From sequence record OX638288: DNA of 64,000 nt. One strand, written 5' to 3'. Numbering within the stretch: the first letter of the stretch is position 1; each line of letters starts with the position of its first letter. Shown piece after piece: positions 27,404 to 35,876 of this stretch. The notes beneath the pieces were generated by a model, which did no database searches, was not told the DNA's origin, and was given only the letters and a program-made list of their open reading frames with translations. Position numbers and translations under genes: made by a program. Origin of the DNA: Escherichia phage UP19.

Positions 27404-28896
27404 ATTTGGACCTCTTTCATTACGTAATTAAAACGTTCATCTGCGTAACGTTGAATACGTTCAAGACCATGTTTAAGAGCGTAGTTTAAATGAACATATT
27501 TCTTTTTAGCCATAGATGATTTAGGTTTCACACCCATATCATCAATAATATCAAATACCTGGGCTGTTGATTTGGAAGCATGCTTACGTAGTACACGACC
27601 TATGGTCTGAAGTACAATAATTTTTGATTTTACCGGATGAGCAAATACAACATGGTGAAGGTTCTTAACGGAAATACCAGTAGAGAACACACCGTAACTT
27701 GCCACAACAATAATACCCTTACCATTTTCCGCCATTACTTTCAGAGCATTACGCGTTTCGGTATTAACTTCACCTGATACGTAATAAACTTCTTTATGTT
27801 GCTCTTTAACCATTTCAAAAAGAGTTTTACCGTGTTCGATGTTTTTAAACATCAGGAATACATTCTCTTCTTTCTTAGCGAGTTTAACAGCTAAATTAGC
27901 AACCCATTTATTACGACGAGTAGCCTTAGTAATGACCTTTATTTCTGATTGATAATCTTTACCTTTCATCTTAACAGTGAATTCATCCGGATAACGAAGG
28001 AAAATACTGTTGATTTTAAGGTCTGTAACCTGTCCTTCTTCCATTAACTGCGAAGTGGATACCGGCTTAAACACATCACCAAACAAACCCATATATTGCA
28101 TTAAATTAGCTTTACCGTCTTTTAAAGAACCGGACAAACCGAATTTAAACATACAGTTGGTTAGGCCTTCGATGATGGTAGAAATTGATTTACCTGTCGC
28201 CAAATGGCATTCGTCATTCATAAACATACCAAACTGAGCAAACCATTCTTTAGGTTGTTTAATAGCCGTTTGATAAGTTGAAACATAAATCATTGCATCG
28301 GAATCACGTGCAGTACCTGAACGAATACCAAGCATAGCAGCTTTAGGGAACAAACGATAATCGATGAAGTCATTAATCATCTGGTCAACAAGGGCAGTAG
28401 TAGGAACTAAAATAAGGATTTTACCTTCATAGTTCTCAACATAATATCGACTCAGGAGCGCCTGAATCAATGATTTACCTGCGGATGTAGGTAAATTCAG
28501 AATTGCGCGACGTTTTGTCAGACCGTTGTATACGGCTTCATTCTGATACCAATGTGGCTCAATCTTGGTAGAACCCGAATAAATCTCTTGTGAGGCTACC
28601 CATGAGTCAAAATCTTCGCGAGAAATATCTTCCTGTTCAAGAATACGTGGGTCAATCCACAGAGAGTATTCAAACTGGTCAGCGAATTTTTTAATTTGTG
28701 GGACTAGACCATACGGAAGTTTACGGTTATAATCTAGAAGACGAATTCTCCCGTCCCATTGCCCGTACCGGTATTTAGGGTTAAATTTATATCCATCAGC
28801 TTCAAAGCTGAAATAGTCTCTGAGTTCGTAGAAGGTGGATTCATCACACTCAATACGAACATGACTAAAATTATCAAAATGTACTTGAATTTGCAT
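27400..28896 (-). CDS. uvsW: UvsW ATP-dependent DNA/RNA helicase
   Basis: 498 aa; N-terminus ..VHFDNFSHVRIECDESTFYELRDYFSFEADGYKFNP..; Walker A LPTSAGKS; DECH box. Confidence 0.95.
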   Translation of the reverse strand: MQIQVHFDNFSHVRIECDESTFYELRDYFSFEADGYKFNPKYRYGQWDGRIRLLDYNRKLPYGLVPQIKKFADQFEYSLWIDPRILEQEDISREDFDSWVASQEIYSGSTKIEPHWYQNEAVYNGLTKRRAILNLPTSAGKSLIQALLSRYYVENYEGKILILVPTTALVDQMINDFIDYRLFPKAAMLGIRSGTARDSDAMIYVSTYQTAIKQPKEWFAQFGMFMNDECHLATGKSISTIIEGLTNCMFKFGLSGSLKDGKANLMQYMGLFGDVFKPVSTSQLMEEGQVTDLKINSIFLRYPDEFTVKMKGKDYQSEIKVITKATRRNKWVANLAVKLAKKEENVFLMFKNIEHGKTLFEMVKEQHKEVYYVSGEVNTETRNALKVMAENGKGIIVVASYGVFSTGISVKNLHHVVFAHPVKSKIIVLQTIGRVLRKHASKSTAQVFDIIDDMGVKPKSSMAKKKYVHLNYALKHGLERIQRYADERFNYVMKEVQI

Positions 28897-28910
28897 GTCT
28901 AATTCTCAGT

Positions 28911-28932
28911 TATAAATATAACTATATTTATA
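28911..28932. promoter_or_regulatory. pair of face-to-face divergent late promoters: TATAAATA (plus, 28911-28918, for inh/hoc) and TATTTATA (minus-strand TATAAATA, 28925-28932, for uvsW)
   Basis: Both octamers exact; arranged so that the two 5' leaders would overlap. Confidence 0.6.
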
Positions 28933-28951
28933 CACCAACAAGAGACTAATT

Positions 28952-29623
28952 ATGGATACTCAATATATTGAAGAGCTTCGTGCACTCGAAGATAAAAAAG
29001 AAGCTAAAGCTAAGTTAATCGAATACGGCGAACAGTTCGGTTTAAAACTTAAGAAAACCCGTTCGTTTGATAATTTGGTTATCGATATCTCTGAAGGCCT
29101 TAAAGCCTTGGCTGATGAACCACATCCAGAAACCGAAGGTTTGTCTATTTCTGATTTGATTGATGCTGCCGACGAACTAACAGGCGCTAAAGAATTTGTT
29201 GATGGTGCTGAACCTGCCAAAGAAGAGGCTACCCTATTATTTGATGCCCCTGAAGCGGTAGTTGAAGTTATTGAGGTAGCCGAACTCCCTAAGGTAGAGA
29301 TTATTGAAGAAGATGTTCCTTTTGTCGAAGAGAAATTCAAAGAGGCTGTAGCCGAGGTTATTGAATCTGAAAAACCTGTATTCTCTTTGCCTGAAAACTT
29401 TAGTCCTAATCTTTTGCTTATTGGTAAAAACCCTGGTTACTGTACTGTTCCTTGGTGGATTTATCAATGGATTTCTGAAACCCCTGATTGGAAAGAACGT
29501 CCTAAAGATTTCCAACACCCTTCTGCCCACCAAACATTATTCAGTCTGATTTATTACATCAATCGTAATGGCTCAGTATTAGTACGTGAAACACGTAATT
29601 CATCTTTTGTAACTTTAAAATAA
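28952..29623 (+). CDS. inh: Inh-like protein (inhibitor of prohead protease) by position
   Basis: 223 aa; located immediately upstream of hoc as in T4; acidic Glu/Ala-rich middle. Confidence 0.5.
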   Translation: MDTQYIEELRALEDKKEAKAKLIEYGEQFGLKLKKTRSFDNLVIDISEGLKALADEPHPETEGLSISDLIDAADELTGAKEFVDGAEPAKEEATLLFDAPEAVVEVIEVAELPKVEIIEEDVPFVEEKFKEAVAEVIESEKPVFSLPENFSPNLLLIGKNPGYCTVPWWIYQWISETPDWKERPKDFQHPSAHQTLFSLIYYINRNGSVLVRETRNSSFVTLK

Positions 29624-29632
29624 GGGTAAACT

Positions 29633-30760
29633 ATGGCTTTTACTGTAAGTATAGCCGGCACAGCGTCTATTAAAATAGGCGAAAGTGCTAACTACACTGC
29701 TACCGCAACAGGTGCAGCTGTAGAAGGAACCATTACATATGTATGGTCTATTGATGGTGCTTCTAATCCAGAAGCAACCAATGTTTTGAAATATACAGGT
29801 GCTTCACCTGCAGGTAAGAAAGTTTTAAAAGTAGTAGCAACTTCTACTCCAGCTGAAGGCGAACCTGAGGTAGCTGAAGATACTTTTGAAGTTACCGTAG
29901 CTAATAAGACCATGTCTATTTCTTTGGCTTTGGACCCTATTTCTGTTTCTAAAGAAGTTGGCCAATCTCAAGTTGTTACTGCTAACGTGACGGGTGCACC
30001 TGCAGGTGCAACAATCGCTTATGTTTGGAAACGTAACACTAGCGTAATATCAGGTCAAACCGGTAAAACTATTACCATAACCGAAGCGGCGGAAGCAAAT
30101 TACACTTTGAACTGTGAAGTTACTGTTACCGCCCCTGAATATGACCCGGCTACCGCTACCAAAGGTGTTGCGGTAACTTTTGTTAAGAAAACTATGTCAG
30201 GTGTTTCTGTTACTTTAACGCCAACCTCTATTAATGTTCCTGAAGGAACTCCGGCTTCTTTTAAAGCTACCGTAGTCGGCGCACCTGCTGGTGCTACTTT
30301 TGCTTATTCTTGGAAGAAAGACGGTTCATCAGTCGCAGGTGCCACAGATACTTTAGTGGTTGATACTAGTGCTGAAGGTTCGCAGGTTATTGAAGTTTCT
30401 GTTGTTGTTTCGGCTACCAACTATAATCCTGTGACCGTCACAAAATCCGGTAATGTAACAATTACGGCTAAAGTCGCTCCTGAACCGGAAGGTGAACTAC
30501 CTTATGTACACCCACTTCCTGTTCGTAATTCAGCGTATATTTGGGCCGGCTGGTGGGTTATGGATGAAATCCAGAAAATGACCCTTGAAGGTAAAGACTG
30601 GAAAACTGATGACCCTGATAGCGATTATTATCTCCATCGCTATACTCTTCAAAAAATGGTTGCCGATTATCCAGAGGTTGATGTACAAGAATCACGTAAT
30701 GGAAGAATTATCCATCGCACCGCTTTAGAAGCTGGTATTATATACGATTACGTTTATTAA
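29633..30760 (+). CDS. hoc: Hoc outer capsid decoration protein (Ig-like domains)
   Basis: 375 aa (T4 Hoc is 376 aa); three repeated Ig-like modules (..YVWSIDG.. / ..YVWKRNT.. / ..YSWKKDG..); C-terminal ..ELPYVHPLP..WWVMDEIQKMT.. Confidence 0.9.
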   Translation: MAFTVSIAGTASIKIGESANYTATATGAAVEGTITYVWSIDGASNPEATNVLKYTGASPAGKKVLKVVATSTPAEGEPEVAEDTFEVTVANKTMSISLALDPISVSKEVGQSQVVTANVTGAPAGATIAYVWKRNTSVISGQTGKTITITEAAEANYTLNCEVTVTAPEYDPATATKGVAVTFVKKTMSGVSVTLTPTSINVPEGTPASFKATVVGAPAGATFAYSWKKDGSSVAGATDTLVVDTSAEGSQVIEVSVVVSATNYNPVTVTKSGNVTITAKVAPEPEGELPYVHPLPVRNSAYIWAGWWVMDEIQKMTLEGKDWKTDDPDSDYYLHRYTLQKMVADYPEVDVQESRNGRIIHRTALEAGIIYDYVY

Positions 30761-30764
30761 TTAA

Positions 30765-30784
30765 GGGCCGCAAGGCCCATTTTG
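30765..30784 (+). terminator. rho-independent terminator after hoc (GGGCC-GCAA-GGCCC + ATTTTG)
   Basis: 5-bp GC stem with GNRA-like loop and T-run. Confidence 0.65.
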
Positions 30785-30804
30785 CATTAAAGTACAAAAT
30801 TCCT

Positions 30805-30834
30805 GTTTACAAGTTAAAAATTCTATGTTAAGAT
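30805..30834 (+). promoter_or_regulatory. early-type promoter (GTTTAC 30805-30810; -10 about TAAGAT 30829-30834)
   Basis: GTTTACA -35 with A/T-rich -10 at 17-18 nt. Confidence 0.4.
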
Positions 30835-30863
30835 GGATTTACCAACTCAACTAGAGAATTGTT

Positions 30864-31073
30864 ATGGATAAGATTAAAGTACATTTTTTACACGAATCCG
30901 GGTTGAATTTTATAGAAATTGCTAAAAAAATGGGCGGGACCGCTAAAGACATGGCCAAAACATGGGTTGATGTGGAACAAGCCAAAGAGAAATTTAAAAC
31001 AAAAGAGAAAGTGGTATATCGTAAACGTCTAATCAATAAGGTTCGGCGCAAAGCGCGTTCTAGTTCAAAGTAA
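30864..31073 (+). CDS. hypothetical small basic protein (69 aa)
   Basis: ORF with Lys/Arg-rich C-terminus; between hoc and rnlB (24.2/24.3-like position). Confidence 0.45.
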   Translation: MDKIKVHFLHESGLNFIEIAKKMGGTAKDMAKTWVDVEQAKEKFKTKEKVVYRKRLINKVRRKARSSSK

Positions 31074-31075
31074 TA

Positions 31076-31101
31076 TGCTTTAAATTTACGTGTGTTATAA
31101 T
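31076..31101 (+). promoter_or_regulatory. candidate middle promoter for rnlB (MotA box TGCTTTA 31076-31082, -10 TATAAT 31096-31101)
   Basis: Consensus MotA box 13 nt upstream of consensus -10. Confidence 0.5.
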
Positions 31102-31187
31102 GGGTCTAGGTCCTTCCGTTAAACCATTTGGCTTGGTGACAGAAGATTACTAGCTCTTCTATTTAATTATATTTATTATGGTGATTT

Positions 31188-32195
31188 ATGTTCAAGAAAT
31201 ATAGCAGTCTCGAAAACCACTACAACAATAAGTTTATCGAAAAACTCCGTACCAATGGTTTGACTGGCGGTGAATGGGTAGCACGTGAGAAGATTCATGG
31301 AACCAACTTTAGTTTAATCATAGAACGTGACGCAGTCACATGCGCCAAGCGCACTGGCCCAATTCTCCCAGCCGAAGATTTCTTTGGTTATGAAATTGTT
31401 TTAAAGAATTATGCTGATTCCATTAAAGCAGTACAAGATATCATGGAAACTTCAGCTGCTGTATCTTATCAAGTTTTTGGTGAACTAGCCGGGCCTGGCA
31501 TTCAGAAGAATGTTGATTATGGTGATAAAGATTTTTATGTATTTGACATTATTGTTACCACAGAAAGTGGCGATGTGACTTATGTCGATGATTATATGTT
31601 GGAATCATTCTGTAAGACATTTCGATTTAAAGTTGCCCCACTTTTAGGCCGTGGTAAATTTGAAGACCTTATTAAATTGCCAAATGATTTAGATTCTGTC
31701 GTCCAAGATTATAATTTTATGGTAGATAATGTTGGGCTAATCGAAGCTAACGCTCATGTGTGGAATGCCGAAGCAAAAGGCGAAGTATTTACCGCTGAAG
31801 GGTACGTATTAAAACCCTGTTATCCACTCTGGCTCCCTAATGGAAATCGTGTAGCGATTAAATGTAAGAACTCTAAATTCAGTGAGAAGAAAAAATCTGA
31901 TAAGCCTATTAAAGTTGCAGTGGTTTTATCCCAAGATGATATGGATTTGATGTGGCAATTCACTGATTATGTGACTGTTAACCGTATTAACAACGTTATC
32001 AGTAAGATTGGTGAAGTATCTAAAAAGGATTTTGGAAAGGTAATGGGACTGACAGTCCAAGATATTTTGGAAGAAGCAGCCCGTGAAGAATTAGAATTAA
32101 CCGATGCAGAAAATCCTGTTGAAGTTAAAAAGCAGCTCGTTGAGTGTGTAAAAGATACCTTAAGAGCCGTATGGATTGAACTAGTATCCAAATAA
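31188..32195 (+). CDS. rnlB: RNA ligase 2 (gp24.1)
   Basis: 335 aa; ..[17 protein letters not shown].. (motif I KxHG), matching T4 Rnl2. Confidence 0.9.
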   Translation: MFKKYSSLENHYNNKFIEKLRTNGLTGGEWVAREKIHGTNFSLIIERDAVTCAKRTGPILPAEDFFGYEIVLKNYADSIKAVQDIMETSAAVSYQVFGELAGPGIQKNVDYGDKDFYVFDIIVTTESGDVTYVDDYMLESFCKTFRFKVAPLLGRGKFEDLIKLPNDLDSVVQDYNFMVDNVGLIEANAHVWNAEAKGEVFTAEGYVLKPCYPLWLPNGNRVAIKCKNSKFSEKKKSDKPIKVAVVLSQDDMDLMWQFTDYVTVNRINNVISKIGEVSKKDFGKVMGLTVQDILEEAAREELELTDAENPVEVKKQLVECVKDTLRAVWIELVSK

Positions 32196-32200
32196 ACAAT

Positions 32201-32229
32201 AAAGGGACCTTACGGTCCCTTTTATTTTT
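32201..32229. terminator. bidirectional terminator (AAAGGGACC-TTAC-GGTCCCTTT + T-run) between converging rnlB and gene-24 paralog
   Basis: 9-bp stem with flanking A-run and T-run. Confidence 0.8.
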
Positions 32230-33502
32230 CTAGTGGTGGAAGTTTAACACCAAGATAAGAACTCAACTGGCTTTGGTTAGCCATTTTGTCCATATCAGAG
32301 CCATCAATAATGCGGGCTTCTTTATAGTCCTTAGCGACGGTATAAGGGTTTGCAGTCAATGCATAACGAGCAAGCAATGCTACTGTAGGTTGTAAGCTTT
32401 CCGGGTCAACAATAACCTTAAATTCACCTACTGAAGTATCCCCTTCCTCATCAACCTCATTCAAACCTTCCGTATAAGGCGCATAATATAAAGATGCGAC
32501 TGTCTGTCCTTCACCCATCTGAGCATTTACACCAACAATAACATAATCACATGGACTATTCATATCAGCATAAAGAGGCAGACCATTCTTTAATACACCA
32601 TAAGCCAGTTCGTCCTGGTCTTCCTTTTTCTCAACCCAACCAGAAGCGGCGAGAATAGCAGCACAACGAGAACTAGCTACTGCATAAGTCCCGGCGAAAG
32701 AAGTTTGACGTTGGACGGCAGAGTTCATCTCACACATGTAATAATATAATGTACGAGCACGGTCCTGGGCATTATCGTAACGTGGGTTGGTAAGGTCTAA
32801 TACACCCTTTTCAGAAACACCCTGGACTTTAAAACGAGAACTCACCGTAATTAATGACTGCAATACGTCCTTATTAATTTCTTCTGCCATTTGAATGCCT
32901 AGCAGATTTTCAACGAAATTAGGAGCATTAAACCCATTTGATTCTAGGTCTTGGGCCAATTCGACTGTCAAAGAAGTTTTCAGTTTACGTGATTTAACCT
33001 CAGATTGCCATTTATCAATACGGAAGCCTGCTTCAGCAATTTCAGGGTGACCTTGTTCAAATTTAGAAGTAATAGCAGCATCTGATACCATACGAATATG
33101 CCCAGCGGCCACTGCTTCAGAAATAACTTCACCGAGGTCGGTTTCTGTGGTTCCGGCGAAAGGAGATGCTTCTAGAACTTTAAACACTACACTTTCAAAT
33201 TGGAACATATCGCCGGCTGCATAAGCTGTAGACGAATCGGTAAATTCAGGAATATTTTCACGTTCCGACATACCAATCTGGCCTGCAAATGTAGCGCCAC
33301 CAAGATAAGTCATTTTGTCGTCGGGATTAAGTACACGAATCCCGTACAGAGCGGCAACAGGTTGGCTTGTTTTTTGTTCAGCAACTAGGGCTTTAAAGAT
33401 TCGTTTATTAGTTGCTTGGGTGTATGAAAGAAGAGCAGGACGGCCAACCGAGTTGGCAGCCGTCAATGTGGATTCTTTAATTAGGTCTATAATCTTAGAC
33501 AT
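32222..33502 (-). CDS. head vertex protein paralog (second gp24-like gene)
   Basis: 426 aa; alignable end to end with adjacent gp24 (shared blocks RKLKT.LTVELAQD.ESNGF.AP.F.E.LL...MA.EINKDVLQSLITVS; YAPYTEGL; VIVDP.SLQP). Confidence 0.8.
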   Translation of the reverse strand: MSKIIDLIKESTLTAANSVGRPALLSYTQATNKRIFKALVAEQKTSQPVAALYGIRVLNPDDKMTYLGGATFAGQIGMSERENIPEFTDSSTAYAAGDMFQFESVVFKVLEASPFAGTTETDLGEVISEAVAAGHIRMVSDAAITSKFEQGHPEIAEAGFRIDKWQSEVKSRKLKTSLTVELAQDLESNGFNAPNFVENLLGIQMAEEINKDVLQSLITVSSRFKVQGVSEKGVLDLTNPRYDNAQDRARTLYYYMCEMNSAVQRQTSFAGTYAVASSRCAAILAASGWVEKKEDQDELAYGVLKNGLPLYADMNSPCDYVIVGVNAQMGEGQTVASLYYAPYTEGLNEVDEEGDTSVGEFKVIVDPESLQPTVALLARYALTANPYTVAKDYKEARIIDGSDMDKMANQSQLSSYLGVKLPPLEK

Positions 33503-34785
33503 TAATCAGCCTCGTAAATAATTGCTGGAAGTTTAACACCAAGCAGATAAGACATATTGCTCTGACCAGCCATTAAATCCATATTGGTTGCATCGATAAC
33601 ACGAGCTTCTTTATCGTCTTTAGCTACGGTGTACGGGTTAGCGGACAGTGCATAACGAACCATCAGAGAAATAGAAGGCTGTAATGAATCAGGGTCGACA
33701 ATAACCTTATAAGCACCAACGTGTTCTTGGTCATCTAAATCCAGGCCTTCTGTGTATGGGGCATAGAAAATAGAACCGACAACTTCATTACCTCCATAGT
33801 TCTCTTTAACACCTACGATAACATAATCCAATGGGCTGTTAACGTCACAGAACAGAGGTAATCCATTCAACAAATAACCATAGGCAGTTTCTGGGAGCCA
33901 ATTATTATCTTCAGGTTTATGTTTTAACCAGCCAGAACCTGCAAGCATTGCAGCCACACGACTTGAAGCCACAACAAACGTGCCGGAATAAGAAGTAGTT
34001 TTCTGGATTTCAGAATTCATCTCACAAACAATTTCATAAAGTTTACGTGCGGATTCCGGAGCACTGGCATAAGTCAAATCGATGATGCCATTATCAGATA
34101 CACCAGTAACTTTATAGCGTTTAGATACGGTTATTAGAGATTGCAGAACGTCTTTATTAATTTCATCTGCCATTACTGTAGCCAGGAGGTCTTCTAAGAA
34201 TGCAGGGGCGTCGAAGCCATTTGATTCCATATCCTGTGCCAATTCTACGGTCAAAGCAGTCTTCAATTTACGGGTCTTAACAGGAGCATTCCATTTATTA
34301 ACCTGGAATACGGCGTCAGAGATTTCTACATCACTCGCTTCGAATTTAGTGGTATGAGCAGCGTCCGGAACCAGACGACATGTTAATGACACCAAACCTT
34401 CTTGAAGAGCATCAGCCAATCCTGTAGCGCTAGTAGATGCGAGTGGGCTTGCTTGAAGAGCCTTATAAACCACATTCTGATACTTAAAGTAGTCACCCTT
34501 GGCAATAGCCTGGGCTTTATCTGTGAGTTCCTGGATAGTTTCACGGTCTTTAGAACCAACTTCACCACCATAAACAGCACCAGTTTGGAAACTGAATTCA
34601 TTATCAGGGGTAAGATATTTGACACCATACAATGCAGCAATAGGCTGACTAGTACGTTGTTCAGCGATGATATCGCGATAAATTAGTTTAGTGGTAGCAC
34701 GGGTCAAAGCAACAAGATTAGGGCGACCCAATGAGTTGCTGGTAGTAGTTGTTGACTCGCGCAGTAATTCGTTAATCTTTGCCAT
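33502..34785 (-). CDS. 24: head vertex protein gp24
   Basis: 427 aa (T4 gp24 is 427 aa); N-terminus MAKINELLRESTTT..; gene order 23-segD-24. Confidence 0.9.
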   Translation of the reverse strand: MAKINELLRESTTTTSNSLGRPNLVALTRATTKLIYRDIIAEQRTSQPIAALYGVKYLTPDNEFSFQTGAVYGGEVGSKDRETIQELTDKAQAIAKGDYFKYQNVVYKALQASPLASTSATGLADALQEGLVSLTCRLVPDAAHTTKFEASDVEISDAVFQVNKWNAPVKTRKLKTALTVELAQDMESNGFDAPAFLEDLLATVMADEINKDVLQSLITVSKRYKVTGVSDNGIIDLTYASAPESARKLYEIVCEMNSEIQKTTSYSGTFVVASSRVAAMLAGSGWLKHKPEDNNWLPETAYGYLLNGLPLFCDVNSPLDYVIVGVKENYGGNEVVGSIFYAPYTEGLDLDDQEHVGAYKVIVDPDSLQPSISLMVRYALSANPYTVAKDDKEARVIDATNMDLMAGQSNMSYLLGVKLPAIIYEAD

Positions 34786-34813
34786 TGCGCTTTCCTTATT
34801 GAGGGTATATGTT

Positions 34814-34821
34814 TATTTATA
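34814..34821 (-). promoter_or_regulatory. late promoter TATAAATA (minus strand) for gene 24
   Basis: Plus-strand TATTTATA 29 nt upstream of gene 24 ATG. Confidence 0.6.
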
Positions 34822-34827
34822 AAAGTT

Positions 34828-34860
34828 GTTTACAGCAAGGTTCCCACGTGTTACTATAGT
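34828..34860 (+). promoter_or_regulatory. T4-type early promoter (GTTTAC 34828-34833, TACTATAGT 34852-34860)
   Basis: Same architecture and leader (..AAAACATGAGGAG..ATG) as cassettes at 2113, 5863 and 18019. Confidence 0.5.
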
Positions 34861-34886
34861 CCTATCAAAACATGAGGAGATTAAAA

Positions 34887-35156
34887 ATGGACAAGTTAAA
34901 CTTTATTCGTACTACTCTTTCAGCTCTTGATAAAGACATCAAAGCCTTGGTAGAAAAATATGGTTCCAATCCTAATGGTAATGCAGTGAACGCGTTAGTT
35001 AAGAAATACGAAACCATGGCTTATGCTACTGACTTCTGGTGGAATGGTGAATACTCTACCCATACCAAAGACAAATCCGGTAACTGGCTGAAAATCCAAG
35101 AAAATCGTATTGACTTCCGTGATATCATCAACCGCCGGGTCAAAGTAGAGGCCTAA
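34887..35156 (+). CDS. hypothetical protein (89 aa)
   Basis: ATG 34887 with SD GAGGAG; immediately upstream of the GIY-YIG gene. Confidence 0.5.
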   Translation: MDKLNFIRTTLSALDKDIKALVEKYGSNPNGNAVNALVKKYETMAYATDFWWNGEYSTHTKDKSGNWLKIQENRIDFRDIINRRVKVEA

Positions 35157-35159
35157 AAT

Positions 35160-35819
35160 ATGAATTATTTAATTTATAAAATAACTAATCTCATTAATAA
35201 CAAGATTTATGTTGGAGCCCATGCAACCGTAGATATCAACGATTCTTATATGGGCTCCGGGGTTAACGTAGTAAAATCCATAAAGAAATACGGATTGGAG
35301 AATTTTAAAAAGGAAATCCTTTTCAATTTCGAAACATCTGAAGAGATGTATGCTAAAGAAGCCGAACTAGTTGATGAGGCTTTTGTCATGAGAACAGATA
35401 CCTATAATGCGGCCATAGGCGGTAAGGGTAATCCTGTTATAGTAGCTTTACAGGAACCTGGGTATCGTGAGATGTTATCCAAAAAGACTAAGGCCGGTAT
35501 GACTGAAGAAGTTCGGGCCAAAATATCTAAAAAGAAATTAGGTTCTAAAGAATCTAAAGAACATCGAGAAAACAAATCTATAGCAAATAAAAAGTTTTAT
35601 AAAAATAGAGATTCTCATCTTAAAGGTAGAAAACTATCAGAAGAGCATAAAGCAAAAATTAGAAAGAATTCTAATAAAGGTAAGAAATTTGTATTTGTGG
35701 ATATTTCTATTAAAGGTCATGAATTTAACCACTACGATTACGCTGCCGAATTCTTTAACGTATCCGCAAAAACTATAAGAAATTGGATTAATGAACGCGA
35801 TGATTGTTTTAAGCTATAG
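35160..35819 (+). CDS. segD: GIY-YIG homing endonuclease (SegD-like)
   Basis: 219 aa; N-terminal GIY-YIG module ..YLIYKITNLINNKIYVGA..; C-terminal NUMOD3-like repeats (..TEEVRAKISKK.. / ..SEEHKAKIRKNS..); between genes 23 and 24 as T4 segD. Confidence 0.85.
   Translation: MNYLIYKITNLINNKIYVGAHATVDINDSYMGSGVNVVKSIKKYGLENFKKEILFNFETSEEMYAKEAELVDEAFVMRTDTYNAAIGGKGNPVIVALQEPGYREMLSKKTKAGMTEEVRAKISKKKLGSKESKEHRENKSIANKKFYKNRDSHLKGRKLSEEHKAKIRKNSNKGKKFVFVDISIKGHEFNHYDYAAEFFNVSAKTIRNWINERDDCFKL
35160..35819 (+). mobile_element. segD: free-standing GIY-YIG homing endonuclease gene between genes 23 and 24
   Basis: Same ORF as above; opposite orientation to flanking late genes. Confidence 0.7.
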
Positions 35820-35829
35820 AAACAAGAAT

Positions 35830-35847
35830 GGGAGACCGGAGTCTCCC
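35830..35847. terminator. terminator hairpin GGGAGAC-CGGA-GTCTCCC after gene 23 (minus) and segD (plus)
   Basis: 7-bp stem; T-rich flank on the minus strand. Confidence 0.6.
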
Positions 35848-35876
35848 ATAAGGTTATGTATTTTAACGTTAAAGCA

